From an uncultured Planctomycetota bacterium (GTDB taxonomy: Bacteria > Planctomycetota > Planctomycetia > Pirellulales > Lacipirellulaceae): 64,000 nt of DNA. Positions 56,004 through 63,355 of the stretch are shown piece by piece (within the stretch, counting starts at the first letter, position 1; the number at the start of each line of letters is the position of its first letter). The notes under the pieces are model-generated. The model made no database searches and was not told where the DNA came from. It saw nothing but the letters and a program-made list of their open reading frames with translations. The position numbers and the translations under genes are program-made. The stretch is from positions 44,485 to 108,484 of the forward strand of contig CAWIXI010000019.1 of NCBI GenBank assembly GCA_963840025.1, read 5' to 3'.

Positions 56004-56948
56004 ATGCAAGTGAACCGTAGAGATTTTGCCAAGGCTGCCGCAGTTGGCGGCGCAGCAGCTCTATCGGCCAGTCAGGCGTCCGCGGAAAGGAATTCAAAAG
56101 GCACGGATCGTGTGCCACGCGGCAATCCAATTGCCGTGTCCACGTACTCGTTCTGGCGCTTTAAGGACGATTCGAAGTTGCCTATCGAAAAATGCATCGA
56201 CGAGGCGGCGCGGATGGGGTTCGACGCGGTCGAAATTCTGCACATGCAGATGGAAAATGAGGATCCTGGCTATCTGCAACAGCTCAAACGGCGTGCGTTT
56301 GTCAATGGCATGAGTCTTTGTGGCTTTAGTACACATCAAGGGTTCCTTTCGCCCGATGCCGATGAGCGGCAGAAGAATATCGACCACACGATCCACACGA
56401 TCGAAATGGCCTATCAGCTTGGAATTCCAACGATGCGCGTGAATACCGGTCGCTGGGGCACGAGCAAGGACTTCGACGATCTCATGGCACATCGAGGTAT
56501 CGAACCACGCCTTCCCGGTTATACCGACGACGACGGCTTCCGTTGGGTCATCGATTCATTCGAAAAGTGTCTCCCCGCCGCAGAAAAGTGTGGCGTTACA
56601 ATGGGACTGGAAAACCATTGGGGACTTGGTCGAACGCCCGAAGGTGTGCTCCGGATTGTGAAAGCAATCGATTCTCCTTGGTTAAAAGTGACGATGGACA
56701 CGGGAAACTTCTTGGAAGATCCCTACGATCGATTGGAACAACTGGTTCCCGAGACAGTCTTCGTGCAGGCCAAGACATACTACGGTGGCGGCCTGTGGTA
56801 CACGCTCGATCTGGATTACCCACGGATTGCAGCCATGCTCCGGCACCATCAATATCGCGGATACATCTCCTTGGAATACGAAGGGAATGAAGCCTACCAA
56901 ACGGCGATTCCGAAAAGTCTGGCACTGCTCAGGAAAGCGTTTGCGTAG
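56004..56948 (+). CDS. TAT-exported sugar phosphate isomerase/epimerase-type protein (xylose isomerase-like TIM barrel)
   Basis: Intact 314-aa ORF with MQVNRRDFAKAAAVGGAAALSASQASA (twin-arginine signal), FDAVEI, MRVNTGRWG, GLENHWG, and a TIM-barrel-like repeat pattern ending ISLEYEG. Confidence 0.75.
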   Translation: MQVNRRDFAKAAAVGGAAALSASQASAERNSKGTDRVPRGNPIAVSTYSFWRFKDDSKLPIEKCIDEAARMGFDAVEILHMQMENEDPGYLQQLKRRAFVNGMSLCGFSTHQGFLSPDADERQKNIDHTIHTIEMAYQLGIPTMRVNTGRWGTSKDFDDLMAHRGIEPRLPGYTDDDGFRWVIDSFEKCLPAAEKCGVTMGLENHWGLGRTPEGVLRIVKAIDSPWLKVTMDTGNFLEDPYDRLEQLVPETVFVQAKTYYGGGLWYTLDLDYPRIAAMLRHHQYRGYISLEYEGNEAYQTAIPKSLALLRKAFA

Positions 56949-57361
56949 CGACTGTCGACCCGGTAAATCGTTCCACGCGCAAGCTGCATTGCGGCTTTGC
57001 ACGCGAATTATGGCACATCGTTGCGCATCACAACTCGTCGTCCGCCAAAGACTAAGTCACTACAACAACAAGCGAAGTAAATCTTGCCTAAATCGTGCCG
57101 ATGAAGCAACGTGTCAAAGCATCGCAACTAGTTTTCTGGCAAGGACTTATGTCTGCCGCAGATCGTGTTCGGCGCGAGCGGTCTGGGAACCTATGCGAGG
57201 CAGGTTTTGATCAGACGAAACGTAGAGTCTCGCGCACATCAAGGCGGAGTTGGCGATCGAATCCGACGAGGATTCAGAACTGGCCATGGCGCCGATCCGA
57301 AAAAGTGCGGCCAAGACATCGTCAGGACAAACACTCAACGAGAAGCAAGTCGTCGAAGCTT

Positions 57362-57389
57362 TGAGGTGGACCCCAAAAACTGGACAGCC
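57362..57389 (+). repeat. IS3-family element left inverted repeat
   Basis: It starts with TG. 22 of 28 positions match the reverse complement of 58847-58874. Confidence 0.8.
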
Positions 57390-57442
57390 TGATAAGATGG
57401 ACGTTCCCCCTGGAGGCAGGGGTCGATCAGGAGGTCTGGAGG

Positions 57443-57730
57443 ATGTCGAGGAAGCGACGGGCGTTTGGCTCGGCGTTCAAGGCGAAGGTGGCCTTGGCGG
57501 CGTGCCGTGGCGAGAAGACGACGGCCCAACTGGCGTCGGAGTACGGGGTCCATGCCAGCCAGGTGACGGCCTGGAAGAAGCAACTCCTGGCGGGGGCCGT
57601 CGGTCTGTTCGAGGATGGCCGCGGCAAGCGTGCCGAGCAATCCACGAACGAAGAAGAGCTCTACGAGCAGATCGGCCGGCTGAAAATGGAAGTCGAGTGG
57701 TTGAAAAAAAAATCTGCCGAGCTCACCTGA
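57443..57730 (+). CDS. IS3-family transposase OrfA (HTH DNA-binding subunit)
   Basis: 95-aa ORF MSRKRRAFGSAFKAKVALAACRGEKTTAQLASEYGVHASQVTAWKKQLL...LYEQIGRLKMEVEWLKKK, with an HTH plus leucine-zipper-like end typical of IS3 OrfA. Confidence 0.85.
   Translation: MSRKRRAFGSAFKAKVALAACRGEKTTAQLASEYGVHASQVTAWKKQLLAGAVGLFEDGRGKRAEQSTNEEELYEQIGRLKMEVEWLKKKSAELT
57704..57712 (+). other. A9 run = candidate programmed ribosomal frameshift (slippery) site of the IS3 transposase
   Basis: AAAAAAAAA sits at the 3' end of orfA (codons L-KKK-S). The DDE-domain ORF continues in the -1 frame. This is the established IS3-family OrfAB mechanism. Confidence 0.6.
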
Positions 57731-58560
57731 AGGAATGCGACGATGGATCGAACCGGAACACCCCGAGTTCTCGATCGCTCAACAGTGCGCTGGTGGGACT
57801 GCCGCGGTCGACGTGGTACTACCGCCCGGCCGGCGAATCGGCGGAGAATCTCGCGTTGATGCGCTCGATCGACGAGCAGTATTTGCGTACTCCGTTTTAC
57901 GGCAGCCGCAAGCTCGCGGAACTCTTGGGCGTCAATCGCAAGCGGGTGCAGCGGCTGATGCGGCGGATGGGGATCGAGGCCATTTATCCCCAGCGACGCA
58001 CTACCTGGCCCGCCGCCGGCCACCAGATTTACCCGTATTTGCTGCGGAATGTGGCGGTCCTGCGGCCCGACCAGGTGTGGGCCAGCGACATCACGTACGT
58101 GCCGCTACGGCACGGGTTTTTGTACCTCGTGGCAGTGATGGACTGGTACAGCCGCTACGTCGTCTCGTGGCGATTGTCCAACACGCTCAGCGGCAGTTTC
58201 TGCAGCGAGGCGCTCGACGCAGCGCTCTGGTTGGCGACGCCGGAGATCTTCAACAGCGATCAAGGGAGCCAATTCACGGCCACGGCGTTCACGTCGCGGC
58301 TCGAATCGCGTGGCGTGGCGATCAGCATGGATGGCCGCGGTCGGGCGATCGACAACGTGCTGGTCGAGCGGCTCTGGCGGAGCATGAAGTACGAGGAAGT
58401 GTACCTCAAGGACTATGCCGACGGCTGGGAGGCGGAAGCGTCGCTCTCGGCGTATTTCCACTTTTACAATCACCAGCGGATTCACCAAGCGCTCGGCTAT
58501 CGCACGCCGGCCGACGTATACGCCGAGCGTCGCACGACGCAAAACACGACCGCTTGTTGA
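57705..58560 (+). CDS. IS3-family transposase OrfB (DDE integrase domain); N-terminal conserved block is out of frame with the catalytic part
   Basis: The catalytic part is in the frame of ORF 57250..58560: LVGLPRSTWYYRP...YGSRKLAELLGVNRKRVQRLMRRMGI...WASDITYV...LVAVMDWYSRYVV...NSDQGSQFT...NVLVERLWRSMKYEEVY. The expected preceding block NLPSSPEGMRRWIEPEHPEFSIAQQCA lies in the frame of ORF 57735..58835, so there is an extra indel near 57790. Confidence 0.75.
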
Positions 58561-58846
58561 GACGAGAAGCGTGTGGCGAGAAAATCGAGCCCCTGGCTTG
58601 CCCCAGGACGAGCGCCGCCGGGTCGCGACGACCCTCGACACCTCCAAAAACGGTCGCTCGGACGGCGCGAGTCTCAATAAGCCGAAGCCGCTCCGTGGCG
58701 AATGCCGATGAACATCATCAAGAAATCGTCGGGCTCAATGTGGAACGCTGGTTAGTACCTCAAGAACTTACCCAGCTTCAGCGGCCGCGCGGGACCTGGG
58801 AAGAGTCCCGCGGGCCGCCAGCCCCACTACCTTAATCAACCCTGTT

Positions 58847-58874
58847 GGCTGTCCAACCAATGGGGTCCACCCCA
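58847..58874 (-). repeat. IS3-family element right inverted repeat
   Basis: GGCTGTCCAACCAATGGGGTCCACCCCA, ending in CA. See the IRL entry. Confidence 0.8.
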
Positions 58875-58976
58875 CTTGAAGAAGAACGTCAACTGCAGGA
58901 CGATACACTTATCATAACGGCCGGTTTTAATTCATGTACGCGAATGGCCGGGCTTCAAATGCACGGTGACATTGGA

Positions 58977-59900
58977 CTACGAGAATTCGTTCCTCTCGGC
59001 CCAGCGTAGTGCCGAGACAAGTCTAGCAATGCCGTCTTTCAGTGGCACCTGCGCACGATAGCCCATTGCCAGGACCCGAGCATAGCTTACCGCGTAATTG
59101 CGTTGGTCGGCGTCCTCGCCCTCATGACACTCATCAATCCTAACGGCGGGAACATAGCTGGCGATCAACTTGCCGATTTCCATTTTGGAAAAGTTCTGGC
59201 CTTCGTCGCCTAGGTTCCACACTTGACCGGCCATGTCGTCAAACCGCTCGATCGCGAACTCGAATCCCCGTGCGACATCGTCCACGTGAATGAAGCTACG
59301 CCGAAAGTGCCCTTGGTAAATGGAAAGCTGCCGCTCATGCAGTGCGCGGTGTACGAAGTCGTTGATCAACAGATCAAGCCGCATCCGTGGCGAAACGCCG
59401 TAAGCCGTCGCAATGCGATATACAATGGCATTGCACTGATCCAGCAGAATTTGTTCGCACTCCACCTTCGTCTTTGCGTAAAGACTCACCGGGCGCAATG
59501 GCGTCTCCTCTGTGCACAACAGACCTTCGACGGCGCCGTAGCAGCTGCTAGTAGATGCAAAGACCACGGGACATTGTCGCTTCGCCACCTTGGCGACAAC
59601 TCTCGTGCCTTCGACATTGGTCGATCTGGCCTCCTCCGGATCTTGCTTGCAAGCTGGATATCCCGAGACGGCCGCAAGGTGAATCAGAGTCTCGGCCTCT
59701 CGGCATGCGACCGAGAGCTCACGTACACTGCGAATATCGCCATGCTCAAAAGCGAAATTATCCCGTTTGAAGAATGGGAGCATTGGAGCGATGCCGTGCT
59801 TCAGCGAGTCGAAAACGGTGACGTGGTGGCCTTGCTCCAACAAGCACGGAACCAGTGTAGTTCCCAGGTATCCAGCCCCGCCTGTGACCACCACTTTCAT
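58977..59900 (-). CDS. NAD-dependent epimerase/dehydratase (extended SDR)
   Basis: Intact 307-aa ORF with MKVVVTGGAGYLGTTLV (G-x-x-G-x-x-G), ASTSSCYG and SLYAKTKVECE (Y-x-x-x-K). Confidence 0.85.
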   Translation of the reverse strand: MKVVVTGGAGYLGTTLVPCLLEQGHHVTVFDSLKHGIAPMLPFFKRDNFAFEHGDIRSVRELSVACREAETLIHLAAVSGYPACKQDPEEARSTNVEGTRVVAKVAKRQCPVVFASTSSCYGAVEGLLCTEETPLRPVSLYAKTKVECEQILLDQCNAIVYRIATAYGVSPRMRLDLLINDFVHRALHERQLSIYQGHFRRSFIHVDDVARGFEFAIERFDDMAGQVWNLGDEGQNFSKMEIGKLIASYVPAVRIDECHEGEDADQRNYAVSYARVLAMGYRAQVPLKDGIARLVSALRWAERNEFS

Positions 59901-60127
59901 GCTGATTTGTCCTCCGGCGATTGAATGCCAGGAGTGCGGGACTCAAGTTACGTGCACCGTCCCTCGAAGTTGCGCTCCGCAGGCTGCCGCAACGCGTTGA
60001 TCTGCTGGGCCCGGGCGAATTGGCAGACGAGCGTCGCCGTCCGCGTGTGAATCACTGTCGGGCATTCACAACCGAGCCGCCCGCTGAGATCTCTGCGTAT
60101 TGCACTGTCGATGCTATTGTCTGAGGA

Positions 60128-60949
60128 TCAGAAACCGCGCAAGTCGGTGCTTTGACGCTTCGGCAAGCCTGCTTTAGGGGTTCGCTTGAGCACCCGATAT
60201 TCGATCCCATGTGTCTCACAGTACTTGCGTTTTTCGGGTACGTCGCCATCTTCGTTAACAGCGTAAATACTTGGCTTGATTCGTGCGATTTCAGGCTCCG
60301 CGTCCAGCCAACCTTTGCCCGTGGATACATAGGCACGCTTGACAAAGCGAATCGATCCGGCCATATAGCGGCGCTGATCCTCTTTGTACATTGGGTGTCC
60401 GTCGCCCTTGAGAAGTTGAATATTGGCGTCGCTCCCGACCACGACATGCAGATCGCCGAGTTCTGAGACAACTTCAAAGAACCGGACATGTCCTGAGTGG
60501 AACCAGTCATAGCACCCGGTAACAAGCACCTTCATTTGCCTCGCCGGCTGGGACTGATCGCCGACGTCGTAAGGTTCAGGGTAGCCTTGAAGCTGCAGTT
60601 CCGGGATCACGAGATACTCAAGGCCATGTTCACCACAAAAGGTCTCCTTGCCCGCATTCGCTTGGGACTCTTCCACTGCCCAGATTGCTCCCATTTCGAC
60701 CTGGTCGAGCGGCAGGCTGTCTCGTGAAGGAACTTTGCTTAGCGACGCGCGTTCGACATAGCGAATCGCGTTGACAAGATAATGCCGCTCTTCCTGTGAA
60801 AACCTTGGCTCTGATCCTTCGATTGCACTCACGGATTCGTCCGACCACAGCAGCACATGAACTTCGCCAATCCTGCTCGCTTCTTGAAGCAATCGCATGT
60901 GGCGGGATCGCAGATCATCAAAAGCGGCACTTACTACCACCTGTCTCAT
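60128..60949 (-). CDS. protein with two tandem cytidylyl/adenylyltransferase-fold (HIGH-motif) domains; N-terminal domain degenerate
   Basis: Intact 273-aa ORF. Domain 2 has VLVTGCYDWFHSGHVRFF (canonical G-x-F/Y-D-x-x-H-x-G-H). Domain 1 has VVVSAAFDDLRSRHMRLL (H-x-G-H degraded to R-S-R-H). The start overlaps the upstream gene's stop by 4 nt. Confidence 0.7.
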   Translation of the reverse strand: MRQVVVSAAFDDLRSRHMRLLQEASRIGEVHVLLWSDESVSAIEGSEPRFSQEERHYLVNAIRYVERASLSKVPSRDSLPLDQVEMGAIWAVEESQANAGKETFCGEHGLEYLVIPELQLQGYPEPYDVGDQSQPARQMKVLVTGCYDWFHSGHVRFFEVVSELGDLHVVVGSDANIQLLKGDGHPMYKEDQRRYMAGSIRFVKRAYVSTGKGWLDAEPEIARIKPSIYAVNEDGDVPEKRKYCETHGIEYRVLKRTPKAGLPKRQSTDLRGF

Positions 60950-61755
60950 GCTGTTTTCCCACTACAGCGCACCTGGACGGAGATTCCGCCGGGCACCGGC
61001 TCTTCGCTGACGACGTACAGGTACCCGCCGCCACAGCCAGAGTACATCGCGCCTGGATAGCGTGACTGGTAGTAGCCGAGTATCCTTGTCAGATCGACTT
61101 CAATTTTCGGATGCCGGACGATATGGGGCATGAGCCGCTCCCAGCACTCCATACACTCGTTCATGGACCTGCCCAGACCATGGGCATCTTGGGCCAAGAT
61201 GCTGTCGTAGCAATCCTTGCCTGTTTGACCTAGCCGACGAACCCATTCCGGTTCCAAATGCTTTTCGGCCAGCGGGCTGTAGCCCGGTGGTCGCGGCGAT
61301 ATCGGAACCATGTGGATTATCCTTTCCAGCCAATGCGCGATGTCGGGGTCGTTATTCGACTCGATGTGACACGGGAACACGCCGCCCTCATACTCAAAGT
61401 CAAAGTCCAGTCGATTGATCCCTGGGTAGATCAAGCCGATCATATCTTGCGACCCGGATGGTTCCGCTAAGTCTCGGTTCTCCTCAGCGTATAACTGCCT
61501 GACTAATGCCGTCGGCTCGCCCGCGGGCAGCCTTCCGTCCCATAGTCGCATGGCAACCTTGCGCGTGCCGGTGGCCATACCCGCCCGCTCCAGGTACATG
61601 AACGTGGGCTCCAAACCCACGACGACCATCGAGCCAGGCGGCTCGGGATTGTGTTTGGATACGAACGGCTGGTCAATCCAGCCACCAGCAAATGCCATGC
61701 GGCCCGGAATGGCTCCAATCACCTCAGTGATGTCGTGCTTCGTGGGAAGGCTCAT
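60946..61755 (-). CDS. GHMP-kinase-like sugar kinase (short, atypical motif II)
   Basis: Intact 269-aa ORF. IPGRMAFAGGWIDQPF resembles GHMP motif I as in HddA/fucokinase-type anomeric kinases. GAMYSGCGGGYLYVV resembles motif III. The motif II position reads EPSGSQD instead of P-x-G-S-G-L-G-S-S. Confidence 0.5.
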   Translation of the reverse strand: MSLPTKHDITEVIGAIPGRMAFAGGWIDQPFVSKHNPEPPGSMVVVGLEPTFMYLERAGMATGTRKVAMRLWDGRLPAGEPTALVRQLYAEENRDLAEPSGSQDMIGLIYPGINRLDFDFEYEGGVFPCHIESNNDPDIAHWLERIIHMVPISPRPPGYSPLAEKHLEPEWVRRLGQTGKDCYDSILAQDAHGLGRSMNECMECWERLMPHIVRHPKIEVDLTRILGYYQSRYPGAMYSGCGGGYLYVVSEEPVPGGISVQVRCSGKTA

Positions 61756-61760
61756 TGTCC

Positions 61761-62150
61761 CTACGCCGATTCCAGAATGATATTGCCGTACTGAGTTGTG
61801 TCGCCGGTCCGAATCAGACCCACGGCTTGTGGCACGCGACGCTTGAATTCGACATGCGGCTCAAAGCGTATCTCAACAGGCGCCAGCAACTCGGCATATC
61901 CCTGTTGGATAGCCTCGTCGTTCTCGCGCCGAAACTCCTCGGCCATGAATGCGCTGCCGACGACAAAGCATGCGTGGATTGCCGCCAATACTTGCCGTAC
62001 GGTGGGGACATCATCGACTAGCGACAAATCGACGGTCTCCAATTGTCGCCAGTAGGGAAAGCCGCGATCGGCGACTACGATCGTGTTTGTGTGACGCACT
62101 CGCGCGATCAGGCTCAAGACGTGGGGGTTGAGGATTCCTTGTCGAAGCAT
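61761..62150 (-). CDS. RbsD/FucU family sugar pyranase/mutarotase (closest by eye to D-ribose pyranase RbsD)
   Basis: Intact 129-aa ORF. GILNPHVLSLIARVRHTNTIVVADRGFPYW...VDLSL..DVPTVRQVLAAI...FMAEE...EIRFEPHVEFK...AVGLIRTGDTTQYGNIILES aligns block by block with E. coli RbsD as recalled. Confidence 0.8.
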   Translation of the reverse strand: MLRQGILNPHVLSLIARVRHTNTIVVADRGFPYWRQLETVDLSLVDDVPTVRQVLAAIHACFVVGSAFMAEEFRRENDEAIQQGYAELLAPVEIRFEPHVEFKRRVPQAVGLIRTGDTTQYGNIILESA

Positions 62151-62162
62151 CGTCGTGGCTCC

Positions 62163-63188
62163 TTAACTCACCGTCCTTTTGCCGGCCTTGCGATCGTTGT
62201 ACTGCTGCTCGATCCAAGCATAAGTCTTCGACAGACCTTCACGGAATGGCGTGCTTGGCTCCCAGCCTAAGATGCGTTTGATCATCGCGTTGTCGCTATT
62301 GCGGCCGGCGACGCCCCGGGGCGCATCGAGCTGGTAGTCGCGCTCCAGCTTCACGTCGCCAATTTCTTCCGCCAAGCTTACCAATTGGTTGACGGAGATT
62401 AGCTCACTGGAACCGAGATTGATCGGCGTGGCGACGAGCTCGTCACAGTGCGTAATACGATCGACGCCATTGACACAGTCATCAACAAACATAAAGCTCC
62501 GGGTCTGCGTGCCATCGCCCCAGACTTCAATCCGTCGCGAGCCGGTTGCCTTTGCATCAATCACCTTCCGGCAGATGGCCGCCGGCGCTTTCTCACGCCC
62601 GCCGTCCCAGGTGCCGTACGGCCCGTAAACGTTATGGAAGCGAGCAATGAAGGTCTTCATGCCGCGTTCATGCCAGTACTCCTGACAGAACATTTCAGAA
62701 ATAAGCTTTTCCCAACCATAACCGCGTTCTGCCATCGCCGGGTACGCATCCGATTCCTTCAAGGCCCGGACATTTGGGTCTTTCTGAAGCTCCGTGTTGT
62801 ATGCACAGGCTGACGACGAAAAGAAATATCGTTGGGCACCGGCTCGGTAGGAGGCTTCCAGCATATGCGTGTTGATCAAGATGCTGCGTAGGCATTGGAT
62901 GCGATTCCGCTCGATGAATCCCATGCCGCCCATGTCGGCAGCCAGATTGTAGACTTCGACAGCGCCTGCGCATGCTTGCCCGCAGTTACCCGGACTGCTG
63001 AGATCAAGGCACAGGCTCTCGACATTGGGCAGGTGCTGGTACCACTCGGGCAGCGGCTTCTTGTCGATGGCTCGAATCCGAGTGAATCCGGCATCCTGAA
63101 AATACTTGACCAAAGCACCGGCAATAAACCCGCCGGCTCCTGCGACGACAATCAAATCGTCTTTTCCAGCTCGATCCTGCTCAGACAT
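62163..63188 (-). CDS. GDP-mannose 3,5-epimerase (GME) homologue, extended SDR
   Basis: Start taken at ATG 63188, preceded by GAGGGAAG. The 342-aa product has VAGAGGFIAG, VYNLAADMGGMGFI, FFSSSACAY, LKESDAYPA..RGYGWEKL, ARFHNVYGPYGTWDGGREKAPAAICRK, EVWGDGTQTRSFMFVDDCV and GVAGRNSDNAMIKRILGWEP. These are near-collinear with plant GME as recalled. Confidence 0.85.
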   Translation of the reverse strand: MSEQDRAGKDDLIVVAGAGGFIAGALVKYFQDAGFTRIRAIDKKPLPEWYQHLPNVESLCLDLSSPGNCGQACAGAVEVYNLAADMGGMGFIERNRIQCLRSILINTHMLEASYRAGAQRYFFSSSACAYNTELQKDPNVRALKESDAYPAMAERGYGWEKLISEMFCQEYWHERGMKTFIARFHNVYGPYGTWDGGREKAPAAICRKVIDAKATGSRRIEVWGDGTQTRSFMFVDDCVNGVDRITHCDELVATPINLGSSELISVNQLVSLAEEIGDVKLERDYQLDAPRGVAGRNSDNAMIKRILGWEPSTPFREGLSKTYAWIEQQYNDRKAGKRTVS

Positions 63189-63355
63189 TCTTCCCTCGGA
63201 TTGCGAGTGTTTCCCGGTGAACACGATCACCTGTTTCCAGCCCGCGATAGACTTGGGACACTTGTGATTTCGTCTAATTAGACGCTTGACCACTCGTCGG
63301 GTCCATGTATATCGTTGATGTATACCTAGATAATATTGACCTACTGCAGTGGCGA

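Larger units (their letters stand above)
57362..58874 (+). mobile_element. IS3-family insertion sequence (1513 bp) with 28-nt imperfect terminal inverted repeats and 3-bp CTT target duplication
   Basis: IRL is TGAGGTGGACCCCAAAAACTGGACAGCC (57362-57389). The reverse complement of IRR is TGGGGTGGACCCCATTGGTTGGACAGCC (58847-58874). CTT lies immediately outside both ends (57359-57361 and 58875-57877 region, i.e. 58875-58877). OrfA/OrfB are organised around an A9 slippery run. Confidence 0.85.

Noticed and set aside
836-56948. The idea that the many frame changes in catabolic genes are programmed recoding events.
   Set aside because: There is no shared slippery heptamer or downstream structure. 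Breaks occur at heterogeneous sites, often plain homopolymers, in unrelated genes, and include compensating pairs. Programmed frameshifting is plausible only at the IS3 A9 run.
57250-57442. The ORF-track entry 57250..58560 suggests a 436-aa transposase starting upstream of the IS.
   Set aside because: The first 37 codons or so lie outside the left inverted repeat (57362), and the next part overlaps orfA in another frame. The real OrfB begins at the A9 slippery run. Similarly, ORF 57735..58835 is mostly an out-of-frame shadow of orfB, apart from its first 20 codons or so.
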